In this document: positions 52,208-62,047 of the stretch, in pieces
Layout: each line of letters begins with the position of its first letter
How positions within the stretch are numbered: the first letter of the stretch is position 1
DNA from: Schmidtea nova
Taxonomy: Eukaryota
DNA: 64,000 nt
Direction of reading: 5' to 3'
Assembly (NCBI GenBank): GCA_044892505.1
Contig: CM097883.1
Location: 440,572,001-440,636,000 of the forward strand
The notes under the pieces: generated by a model
What the model was told of the DNA's origin: nothing
What the model saw: the letters and a program-made list of their open reading frames with translations, nothing else
Database searches by the model: none
Made by a program: the position numbers and the translations under genes

Positions 52208-53824
52208 GTGAGTGAGTTATTTCAATTTGCGTTTAGTGTCAAAATTTGATAAATCAAAATTAAAAGTTTACAAACAAAAATAAAGAATCCTGAATCCATA
52301 TAATTGTCCTATTGTATCTTATTAATTGTAAATTAAAATTATTTTTTGCTAGTAGCGATATTTTGTTTCAATAATATTTTTATATTCTTTAACTCTTTTT
52401 GTCCACAAAACCCTAAAATTCCAAATTTTCGTAACCAAAACCCCAACAATTAGAAAAGTGAAAAATCAAATTTAGATTTATTGAACAAATTTCGGTGACT
52501 TTATGGAATTGGGAAATTGCACTTTGATTTAAATGAATTTAGAACGATCTTTTAAAAAATTCAGCACCGGAAGTACGTACGTTACAATTTATTTGGCGAA
52601 ACTTTTCCTAATTCAAAATTGACATTTTAAAACCAATCTGGAAGAGATATCCGTTCGCAACACTTAAAAACTGTCAATATCTAGTGTCAGAGGTCATAAT
52701 CCCATGTAACCCTTGATATTTCTCATGGAATCCTATTTGGGAATCACTGATTTAATCCACTAATGCCCACTGTTGTCATAAAATTGAGCAATATCAAGGA
52801 CCCATAAAGTCTGGCTGATTAGTTATTCCAAAAAAATAAATTGCAAAAAATGAATCTTAATTATTTAATTTTTGAGATTTAAAGTATTTTGAATTATTTA
52901 TCATAATAAATAAAATTTTACCATATTTATAGAGTCTTCTGTAAAATAAAAATATATTTGTTATATGTGCATTATAACAAGAATTGCATATTATTATTCA
53001 TATTATTTCATATTCCTTTTGTCGTCTTATGACGGCATGGTCTTCTTAGGCTCCTATGGACTAGAAAGCTTGGCAAAATATCAATTATTTTATTTTCAAC
53101 TCTTTCTATTAACTTCCAATTTCTGTTTGTTTTCTTGTCAAACTTTGGATCGATTTTTAACCCACTTCCCGATATCCAATCGATCTGAAAATTTGCGAGC
53201 AGACTCGTGGTGGCCCACGAATTAATCCATTGAAAAATTAAAAAATTTTGAAAAATTTTGAAACAATGTGATTTTTTAATTTACGGTTGCCAAGAAACTA
53301 CCAAACAATGAAACAACAATAAAATTTACCGAGAACATGAGAAAAAGAAAGAGTTACATTAAAAATTTGTTTTTATGGTTTCCTTTTTTTTACTTCTATT
53401 TATTTGGTCAGTATTATTTATAAAAAACGGTCAGTATCTTATTAAATAAATTATCAGTATATAACAATATTTTGGTTAGTGTAAATAATTACCACACGGT
53501 TCTTAAATTTTACAATGCAATTTTATAATTTTTTATTATTTTTTTATTATAATTTTTTTATCGGAATCAACTAACTTGTCGCGTTATTTTTTATTAGAGG
53601 AAAATTCTAAAAAAAATTTCATTTAAAAAAGTTTCATTTAAGAACTAAAGGTAAAAAACAAAACGGGGATGAAAATATAAAAATTATAAGCGTATTTCGT
53701 GTTTCTTTTCGTGATTCTTTAAAATTTATATTTTTATTTATTACATAGAAATACTGATATATTTTTATTACTCACTATTTATTTAAAATATAAATACAAA
53801 TTGTTTTGTTGTTTGCAGAGTTTA

Positions 53825-54775
53825 TTAAAAATAAAAATAAATTAACAACGGTAAGTCTTCTCCACAATGTTTATTAAATGAAATATTTCGATCTTAAAAA
53901 GATCCTGATCACTCCAATACTTCTTGCTGGATATTTTCTTTCTCCTGAATTCTGATTCAATGTTGATTAATAAAATAAATTAAGATTTATTCTTGAGATA
54001 TATTAAATAAAATTAAAATTTCTCAAAAATCATTTGATAATTATAATAATTCTTTCTCTTAATTAATTCTCAAGAATAAATCTCACTTTGAAACTTTAAT
54101 TTTTTTATTAAAATTTTATCCGTAGCTATTTTGAAGACGGCGTTAATCTGGCTCAGATTGAAAGTATAAATACAAATTGTTTTTTCATTAGCAAAGTTTA
54201 TTAAAATATAATAATAAGGTAACAGTGTTATGAAAGAATTATTCTAATTTTGTATGGGAACTGGTTTTTTAATTTTTCAAATTGAGCATTTTATTAAAAA
54301 GAAAACGCTCTAATTATTAAAAAAATTATAAATAAACACTTTTAAAACTCTAATTTTGTATAGGGAAGAGGTTTTTTAATTTTTTTAAATGTTTCAAATT
54401 TTTAAAAAAGAACATTTTATTAATCGGAAGACTTTGACTCTGATTTTTGAAAAGTTTTTTAAAATAAAGAATGCTATAATTACTGAAAATTAATAAATAA
54501 AAAAACTTTTAAAACCTTTAAAGAAACTTTTAAATTATCAAATGATTTTTGAGAAATTTTAATTTTATTTAATTTATCTCAAGAATAAATCCTAATTTGT
54601 TTTAATAATCAACATTAAATAAGAATTCAGAAGAAAATATCCAGAAAGAAGTGGGAAGTCAATTGGAAAGAAATACTTATTGGAGTGATCAGGATCTTTT
54701 TAAGATCGAAATATTTTTTTAATAAACATTGTGGAGAAAGGCTTAACAATGTTACCTTATTATTATATTTATTTA
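53825..54775. repeat. Imperfect palindrome with ~220-bp arms, each carrying a hammerhead-like motif pointing outward (putative PLE family D pseudo-LTR pair)
   Basis: Arms 53825-54043 and 54533-54775 are reverse complements. No coding remnant was seen, so PLE origin is inferred. Confidence 0.75.
54678..54724 (+). ncRNA. Hammerhead-like motif with swapped G3-C8 core pair; mirror copy at 53872-53919 (-)
   Basis: tattgga-GTGATCA-g-gatctt/ttt/aagatc-GAAA-tatttt-tttaata. It has a 6-bp stem II and a 7-bp stem I with two G-U pairs; core and stem II are identical in both arms. Confidence 0.5.
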
Positions 54776-55289
54776 AAATACTGTACAATTGTTTTGTCAA
54801 CCTACTTTTTAATCGTTTTTATAAGTCGGTCTCATTCTGATCGTTTATATTACCTATTAAGATTTTACTTTAAACATTGACCAAAAATGTATAAAAGTAC
54901 TGGCCCATTAAATATCAGCTTTAATATTTTGTGTAATTAAAATGTGAATAAAACTTAAAATTTACCCTTTGCATTTCTTTTCCAAATTTAAACTTAATTT
55001 CAAATGTTCCATAATTCATTAGTAGCTTTTCCTCCATGAATTTGATTTAAGTTTAAGTTTTTGAGTATTACAAAGAACAGATTGAGACAATTAATGTAAA
55101 AATATTCTTTTTATAGGGAACGTCCTTAATGGAATCTCTCATATGATGTATACGAAACTAAAGTTTTCAAGAGAATTCATCACAAACGTTATAATGTAAC
55201 ATCAATTTACAGTAGAACCTGTAATATTTTAATTTATTAAAAATCAATCCAAAATTTAATTTTAAAATTACAAATATTAACAAATTTTT

Positions 55290-55660
55290 AAATTTGTTTA
55301 AAATGTTTAAACGAAAAATTTTTATTTAGTTAATTTTAACAAAACCAAATTTATCATCCAATTTAATTAATACAACAACACACCCATGCTAAGATCTAAA
55401 CTATTTACAAACATTCAAAATACGCATGTTCATTGATTTTTGGATTTAAAAATCTTTTCAACAACACTTCGCATATAATGCGTTCATAATGAATAATAAT
55501 ATTTTTTGATAAGATTTTAAAATCAGACATGCCAATCTTTTTGTTAGTCTTTATTGTGATCACTTATATTGGACACTTCCTTCGGTCGATCATGTTCAAG
55601 AACTCTAGCATAGAGATGACGGGCAGTCTTTCCAATGTATATGGTAATTATATATTAATT
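55290..55660 (-). mobile_element. PLE family B 3' fragment (GIY-YIG end and 3' UTR)
   Basis: The minus strand reads TIYIGKTARHLYARVLEH..YERIICEVLLKRFLNPKIN; colinear with 28860-29230. Confidence 0.85.
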
Positions 55661-56245
55661 CAAATAAATGGCTATTGGCTTTATGCAAGATTACGGACAA
55701 ATTCTGTTTTTTATTTATTTTTATTTCCTTGCATTATCCATGATAACCTTTTACTAGTATTCTAGTCATTTCTAAAATTATATTTTTATCAATGTATTAT
55801 TTTTATCTGATCAAGTAAACTATTATTTTTCTTATAATAAGCAAAATATGAAACCAGGAAATTTCTCATGATTAGGCTCTTGTTTTGAATTCAATTAGTA
55901 ATGTGAGATCATTTGCATATCCTCAATCAGGTCATTTTCATGATAACTAAGGAAATTTNNNNNNNNNNNNNNNNNNNNNNNNNNNNNNNNNNNNNNNNNN
56001 NNNNNNNNNNNNNNNNNNNNNNNNNNNNNNNNNNNNNNNNNNNNNNNNNNNNNNNNNNNNNNNNNNNNNNNNNNNNNNNNNNNNNNNNNNNNNNNNNNNN
56101 NNNNNNNNNNNNNNNNNNNNNNNNNNNNNNNNNNNNNNNNNNNNNNNNNNNNNNNNNNNNNNNNNNNNNNNNNNNNNNNNNNNNNNNNNNNNNNNNNNNN
56201 NNNNNNNNNTCATAATGACTATAGATCAAAATTTTTTTTATAAAC

Positions 56246-56287
56246 AATAACACAATATTTCGGCACAGCCTTTATCAAGTGTGTATT
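56246..56287 (-). ncRNA. Hammerhead-like motif in the 3' pseudo-LTR (U3-A8)
   Basis: Exact reverse complement of 61583-61624. Confidence 0.7.
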
Positions 56288-56376
56288 TCTATCGTTATAT
56301 TTACTTAATCCTAAATAGTAGCCTTAATTATTTTTTTAATATTTTATAATGATTTTATTGGATGAAAAAATTTATT

Positions 56377-58974
56377 TTAATTTTTTTGTGCGAATTGAAT
56401 GTTGATGGACGGTTTGTATTTTTTTATGAAAAAATTCTCGGAAGCTAATCTTTGTAATGAATTTTTGAATCCCTCTTGTAGGATCTGGCATTTTGTTTCT
56501 TCTATAGATGGAGTTGTTTTATGTACTTTTTCCCAGTGTTCGTAATAATTACTGGTTTTGATTTTAGTATGTTCATTAAGTCGGGTGCGAAAAGTTCTAT
56601 GTGTTTCTCCTATGTAAGTAGCGTCACATTTTTGACAAGAAAGTTTATATACTATATTTTTGGAAAAGCAAAAGCATCGGGTTGTGGAACGACAAAGACA
56701 TTTATGTTTGGAGATGTTGGAAATTGGTGGCTTTCGGAGTTGTGATTTTAACGGTGCGGAGGTTATGAACGTTGGACGGATGTGGATAGGCAAATCTGTT
56801 TGATTAAAAATGTTGGTGATTTTGTTGGCTGTAGTGTCATTTAGGAAAGGTAATCTTAGATATGTTGTGTGTTTGTTATTGTTATTGTGTTTCTGGCGTT
56901 TTCTATTGTTGCGTTTATTGTGGTATGGTTCGTTGAGAAAGTGTTTCTTTACAAAGTCTTCAGGGTATCCATTTTGGAGGAATCGTATTTTGAAGTTTTC
57001 TAATGTTTCTTGTATTTTGTTTGCGTCTGAACAGTTTCTTATGGCTCTTTTTCTTTCTCCTATTAGTAATGCGATTTTGCGTTGAAGTGGAACGTGGCTT
57101 TTCCATGGGAGGATATGACCGCTATGTAAACCTTTAGAATATAGCTCGGTGTTTGCATTTAGTGTATCTTGGCCTTTTGTGAAACTTACCATGGTATCTA
57201 AAAACGGTATTTTACCTTCTGTGTTCGGTGTTTCAAAAGTGAATTGTATGTTGGTGTTAGTAGAATTTGCGTGTGATAGGATTTGATTGAGAGGGATTGT
57301 GGAGACTATGAAGATGTCGTCGATGTATCGTTTCCAGAAAAGTATTTTTTCCCCAAAAAAAGATATGATCTTAGATTCTATAAAGTTCATGTAGAAGATG
57401 GCTAAGATGGGAGAAAGGTTATTACCCATGGCTAATCCATGAATTTGTTTGAATGGTTTTTCTTTTATTATGACAGTATCTGAATTTATTGCTAATTTTA
57501 GAAGTTCTATAAAGTCTTGTTTAGTTAAGTCTGCGAGGTCTGTATTGGTTTTATGAGTTTCAAAGAAAGAAGCTGCGATATCGAAAATGTTATTCTCTCC
57601 GTGAAGAGGAATAGATCCGTAAAGATTGGAAACGTCAAGAGATCCCCAGAAGTACTGTTGTCCTGAGTTTAACGGAAGAGACGTATTTGTAATTTCGGAG
57701 ACGAATTCAGTTGTGTTTTTAAGATGAGAAGGAACCAAAGGCAAAAGTGTTTTTAGAATTTCTGAAAGAACTTTAGAAAGTGTTGTGGAAGGAGTGTCAA
57801 CTGCAGATACAAGAGGTCTGCCTTTTAAAGGACTTTTGTGATCTTTAGGTAACATAGTCATATTACTAGGTAAAGGCTCACTGCAGTTGCATTTTAAAAG
57901 TAAATCTTTGATTTGAAGGTTAATTTGTTTATTTGCAAGTGTTGAAAGTTTCTTATTGTATAAAATCTGAGTCGATGCAGGTAAGATTATTTTGTTTATC
58001 GGTTCATAGTTCGAGAGATGTTCTTCAAATAGAGTATTGTATTGTTCTGTGTCAAGAGCAATTAGTCGATTTGTTTTATCTGATGGAAGAATTGTGAAGT
58101 CTTTGGAATTCTTAATTTTCTTTATGTTTGAAGTGAAAGAATTTTGTGTTGAGCAATGTTTTTCAAGAAAGATAATTTGTTCTCTGACTAAAGTTTTGAC
58201 TTTAGTTTCTAAACAGCTGATTTTTTCTTCAAGTTCAGTCGAAAAGACAGGCATATTTGGATATGTTCTACGATTTGGATCCAGAAGATGATTGTGCTTT
58301 TCAGCTAAACTTGAAGATTTGGTGGATGAAATTGGTTTTAGATGGTATCCTATTTGTCTTCTTAGGCTTATAAGAGAGGCGTTAGTGATGATTTCGGCTT
58401 TTTCTAAATCTTTCTGGTTAGGTGGAGGAACAAAAGATGGTCCTAGAGCGAGGATGTTTTCTTGTGTTTTTGAAAAAATGTGATTAGATTTGTTTGTAAA
58501 TGGAAGAATTGAATTTGAGTGTGAGTTAGTGTCTTTAGTGTTGTTTGAATTTGTTGAAAGTAGCTTTTCTAATTTTTTATGCTTGCGAATGTCGAGATTT
58601 TTGGAGAAATTCTGGCAACAAGTATTATCTTCACAAGTAAGAGGAGCACAAGGAAAACTAGTAAATTCGTTTAGCTTTTTGTAACAAGCTGAAATGCTAA
58701 GCTTAAGCCATTCTTTTTCCTGTTTTTCCTTAAGCTTCAATGCTTGTAAAGATGGATAGGTTGATTCCAGTTTGTTGGTAACAGTCAGGCCCACGGGAAT
58801 GATGTTTCTTCTTTTGCATTCTTTTAAAAAATGTAAGTGTGATTTGATTTTGATGATTTTGAGACTATAAAATAACGATAGATCTACTCGGTGATGGGCG
58901 TCCGCCAATATACTATCATAATTATCTTTTTTCACCTTTGATCTTTTTTTATTATTATTATCAATAATTCTCAT
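56377..58974 (-). CDS. PLE reverse transcriptase + GIY-YIG endonuclease, intact 865 aa
   Basis: LALGPSF, ILPSDKTN, LPKDHK..GRPLVS, SLDVSNLYGSIP, GLAMGNNLSPILA, WKRYIDDIF, IPFLD, NGYP, CLC..CFC linker, NIVYKLSCQKCDATYIGETHR..RLNEH..H..E..I..KPSIN. Confidence 0.95.
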   Translation of the reverse strand: MRIIDNNNKKRSKVKKDNYDSILADAHHRVDLSLFYSLKIIKIKSHLHFLKECKRRNIIPVGLTVTNKLESTYPSLQALKLKEKQEKEWLKLSISACYKKLNEFTSFPCAPLTCEDNTCCQNFSKNLDIRKHKKLEKLLSTNSNNTKDTNSHSNSILPFTNKSNHIFSKTQENILALGPSFVPPPNQKDLEKAEIITNASLISLRRQIGYHLKPISSTKSSSLAEKHNHLLDPNRRTYPNMPVFSTELEEKISCLETKVKTLVREQIIFLEKHCSTQNSFTSNIKKIKNSKDFTILPSDKTNRLIALDTEQYNTLFEEHLSNYEPINKIILPASTQILYNKKLSTLANKQINLQIKDLLLKCNCSEPLPSNMTMLPKDHKSPLKGRPLVSAVDTPSTTLSKVLSEILKTLLPLVPSHLKNTTEFVSEITNTSLPLNSGQQYFWGSLDVSNLYGSIPLHGENNIFDIAASFFETHKTNTDLADLTKQDFIELLKLAINSDTVIIKEKPFKQIHGLAMGNNLSPILAIFYMNFIESKIISFFGEKILFWKRYIDDIFIVSTIPLNQILSHANSTNTNIQFTFETPNTEGKIPFLDTMVSFTKGQDTLNANTELYSKGLHSGHILPWKSHVPLQRKIALLIGERKRAIRNCSDANKIQETLENFKIRFLQNGYPEDFVKKHFLNEPYHNKRNNRKRQKHNNNNKHTTYLRLPFLNDTTANKITNIFNQTDLPIHIRPTFITSAPLKSQLRKPPISNISKHKCLCRSTTRCFCFSKNIVYKLSCQKCDATYIGETHRTFRTRLNEHTKIKTSNYYEHWEKVHKTTPSIEETKCQILQEGFKNSLQRLASENFFIKKYKPSINIQFAQKN

Positions 58975-59006
58975 AATGACTATAGATCAAAATTTTTTTT
59001 ATAAAC

Positions 59007-59048
59007 AATAACACAATATTTCGGCACAGCCTTTATCAAGTGTGTATT
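59007..59048 (-). ncRNA. Hammerhead-like motif in the 5' pseudo-LTR (U3-A8)
   Basis: Exact reverse complement of 61583-61624; the partner copy is at 56246-56287. Confidence 0.7.
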
Positions 59049-59129
59049 TCTATCGTTATATTTACTTAATCCTAAATAGTAGCCTTAATTATTTTTTTAA
59101 TATTTTATTTTTTTAATATTTTACAAGCA

Positions 59130-61493
59130 TTGAAGCTTAAGGAAAAACAGGAAAAAGAATGGCTTAAGCTTAGCATTTCAGCTTGTTACAAAAAGCTAAA
59201 CGAATTTACTAGTTTTCCTTGTGCTCCTCTTACTTGTGAAGATAATACTTGTTGCCAGAATTTCTCCAAAAATCTCGACATTCGCAAGCATAAAAAATTA
59301 GAAAAGCTACTTTCAACAAATTCAAACAACACTAAAGACACTAACTCACACTCAAATTCAATTCTTCCATTTACAAACAAATCTAATCACATTTTTTCAA
59401 AAACACAAGAAAACATCCTCGCTCTAGGACCATCTTTTGTTCCTCCACCTAACCAGAAAGATTTAGAAAAAGCCGAAATCATCACTAACGCCTCTCTTAT
59501 AAGCCTAAGAAGACAAATAGGATACCATCTAAAACCAATTTCATCCACCAAATCTTCAAGTTTAGCTGAAAAGCACAATCATCTTCTGGATCCAAATCGT
59601 AGAACATATCCAAATATGCCTGTCTTTTCGACTGAACTTGAAGAAAAAATCAGCTGTTTAGAAACTAAAGTCAAAACTTTAGTCAGAGAACAAATTATCT
59701 TTCTTGAAAAACATTGCTCAACACAAAATTCTTTCACTTCAAACATAAAGAAAATTAAGAATTCCAAAGACTTCACAATTCTTCCATCAGATAAAACAAA
59801 TCGACTAATTGCTCTTGACACAGAACAATACAATACTCTATTTGAAGAACATCTCTCGAACTATGAACCGATAAACAAAATAATCTTACCTGCATCGACT
59901 CAGATTTTATACAATAAGAAACTTTCAACACTTGCAAATAAACAAATTAACCTTCAAATCAAAGATTTACTTTTAAAATGCAACTGCAGTGAGCCTTTAC
60001 CTAGTAATATGACTATGTTACCTAAAGATCACAAAAGTCCTTTAAAAGGCAGACCTCTTGTATCTGCAGTTGACACTCCTTCCACAACACTTTCTAAAGT
60101 TCTTTCAGAAATTCTAAAAACACTTTTGCCTTTGGTTCCTTCTCATCTTAAAAACACAACTGAATTCGTCTCCGAAATTACAAATACGTCTCTTCCGTTA
60201 AACTCAGGACAACAGTACTTCTGGGGATCTCTTGACGTTTCCAATCTTTACGGATCTATTCCTCTTCACGGAGAGAATAACATTTTCGATATCGCAGCTT
60301 CTTTCTTTGAAACTCATAAAACCAATACAGACCTCGCAGACTTAACTAAACAAGACTTTATAGAACTTCTAAAATTAGCAATAAATTCAGATACTGTCAT
60401 AATAAAAGAAAAACCATTCAAACAAATTCATGGATTAGCCATGGGTAATAACCTTTCTCCCATCTTAGCCATCTTCTACATGAACTTTATAGAATCTAAG
60501 ATCATATCTTTTTTTGGGGAAAAAATACTTTTCTGGAAACGATACATCGACGACATCTTCATAGTCTCCACAATCCCTCTCAATCAAATCCTATCACACG
60601 CAAATTCTACTAACACCAACATACAATTCACTTTTGAAACACCGAACACAGAAGGTAAAATACCGTTTTTAGATACCATGGTAAGTTTCACAAAAGGCCA
60701 AGATACACTAAATGCAAACACCGAGCTATATTCTAAAGGTTTACATAGCGGTCATATCCTCCCATGGAAAAGCCACGTTCCACTTCAACGCAAAATCGCA
60801 TTACTAATAGGAGAAAGAAAAAGAGCCATAAGAAACTGTTCAGACGCAAACAAAATACAAGAAACATTAGAAAACTTCAAAATACGATTCCTCCAAAATG
60901 GATACCCTGAAGACTTTGTAAAGAAACACTTTCTCAACGAACCATACCACAATAAACGCAACAATAGAAAACGCCAGAAACACAATAACAATAACAAACA
61001 CACAACATATCTAAGATTACCTTTCCTAAATGACACTACAGCCAACAAAATCACCAACATTTTTAATCAAACAGATTTGCCTATCCACATCCGTCCAACG
61101 TTCATAACCTCCGCACCGTTAAAATCACAACTCCGAAAGCCACCAATTTCCAACATCTCCAAACATAAATGTCTTTGTCGTTCCACAACCCGATGCTTTT
61201 GCTTTTCCAAAAATATAGTATATAAACTTTCTTGTCAAAAATGTGACGCTACTTACATAGGAGAAACACATAGAACTTTTCGCACCCGACTTAATGAACA
61301 TACTAAAATCAAAACCAGTAATTATTACGAACACTGGGAAAAAGTACATAAAACAACTCCATCTATAGAAGAAACAAAATGCCAGATCCTACAAGAGGGA
61401 TTCAAAAATTCATTACAAAGATTAGCTTCCGAGAATTTTTTCATAAAAAAATACAAACCGTCCATCAACATTCAATTCGCACAAAAAAATTAA
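59130..61493 (+). CDS. 5'-truncated second copy of the PLE ORF (787 codons, no ATG at the junction)
   Basis: The translation is identical to residues ~79-865 of the minus-strand ORF. The listed start is a TTG just inside the inversion junction. Confidence 0.85.
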   Translation: MKLKEKQEKEWLKLSISACYKKLNEFTSFPCAPLTCEDNTCCQNFSKNLDIRKHKKLEKLLSTNSNNTKDTNSHSNSILPFTNKSNHIFSKTQENILALGPSFVPPPNQKDLEKAEIITNASLISLRRQIGYHLKPISSTKSSSLAEKHNHLLDPNRRTYPNMPVFSTELEEKISCLETKVKTLVREQIIFLEKHCSTQNSFTSNIKKIKNSKDFTILPSDKTNRLIALDTEQYNTLFEEHLSNYEPINKIILPASTQILYNKKLSTLANKQINLQIKDLLLKCNCSEPLPSNMTMLPKDHKSPLKGRPLVSAVDTPSTTLSKVLSEILKTLLPLVPSHLKNTTEFVSEITNTSLPLNSGQQYFWGSLDVSNLYGSIPLHGENNIFDIAASFFETHKTNTDLADLTKQDFIELLKLAINSDTVIIKEKPFKQIHGLAMGNNLSPILAIFYMNFIESKIISFFGEKILFWKRYIDDIFIVSTIPLNQILSHANSTNTNIQFTFETPNTEGKIPFLDTMVSFTKGQDTLNANTELYSKGLHSGHILPWKSHVPLQRKIALLIGERKRAIRNCSDANKIQETLENFKIRFLQNGYPEDFVKKHFLNEPYHNKRNNRKRQKHNNNNKHTTYLRLPFLNDTTANKITNIFNQTDLPIHIRPTFITSAPLKSQLRKPPISNISKHKCLCRSTTRCFCFSKNIVYKLSCQKCDATYIGETHRTFRTRLNEHTKIKTSNYYEHWEKVHKTTPSIEETKCQILQEGFKNSLQRLASENFFIKKYKPSINIQFAQKN

Positions 61494-61582
61494 AATAAAT
61501 TTTTTCATCCAATAAAATCATTATAAAATATTAAAAAAATAATTAAGGCTACTATTTAGGATTAAGTAAATATAACGATAGA

Positions 61583-61624
61583 AATACACACTTGATAAAG
61601 GCTGTGCCGAAATATTGTGTTATT
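61583..61624 (+). ncRNA. Minimal type I hammerhead-ribozyme-like motif, U3-A8 variant
   Basis: AAUA(C)ACAC-UUGAUAA-A-GGC/UGU/GCC-GAAA-UA-U-U-GUGUUAUU. It has an 8-bp stem I with a bulge, a 3-bp stem II and a palindromic AUAU stem III, and sits in a PLE pseudo-LTR where such ribozymes are known to occur. Confidence 0.7.
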
Positions 61625-61716
61625 GTTTATAAAAAAAATTTTGATCTATAGTCATTATGAGAATTATTGATAATAATAATAAAAAAAGATCAAAGGTGAA
61701 AAAAGATAATTATGAT

Positions 61717-61721
61717 ATTAT

Positions 61722-61804
<83 letters not shown>
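61717..61804. repeat. (ATT)n microsatellite at the PLE 3' junction
   Basis: About 25 ATT units directly after ...gataattatgat. Confidence 0.95.
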
Positions 61805-61806
<2 letters not shown>

Positions 61807-62047
61807 AATGAAGATGTGATTTTTCCACAAATAATTGTCTAAATAAGTGCTATAAGTGTCATTTTTACAACAATTTGAACAAAGTTGGGTAATTAAAGTG
61901 TTATACTAACTGAAAATAATTTTATGTGTCATAAGAGAAAACAGATAAATTACATCAAAATTTAACCTTATTATAATAAATTCTGCAGTAATCTTCTGTT
62001 AACCAAGATCATCGAGTAAAAGTCATTTATTTTGAAATTAATAAATA

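Larger units (their letters stand above)
56211..61716. mobile_element. Penelope-like retroelement family A, head-to-head inverted dimer
   Basis: A full minus-strand copy has pseudo-LTRs at 56211-56376 and ~58915-59108. It is joined 5'-to-5' to a 5'-truncated plus-strand copy 59120-61716 that ends in (ATT)n. Confidence 0.95.

Noticed and set aside
56521-61349. Short antisense ORFs inside the PLE arms
   Set aside because: Shadow frames of the RT ORF, duplicated only because the arms are identical.
56377-61493. Telomerase, retron or group II intron RT
   Set aside because: The C-terminal GIY-YIG domain, pseudo-LTRs and PLE-type motifs identify a Penelope-like element.
61657-61842. 61-aa poly-Ile ORF
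   Set aside because: The first 20 codons are the PLE tail; the rest is (ATT)n.
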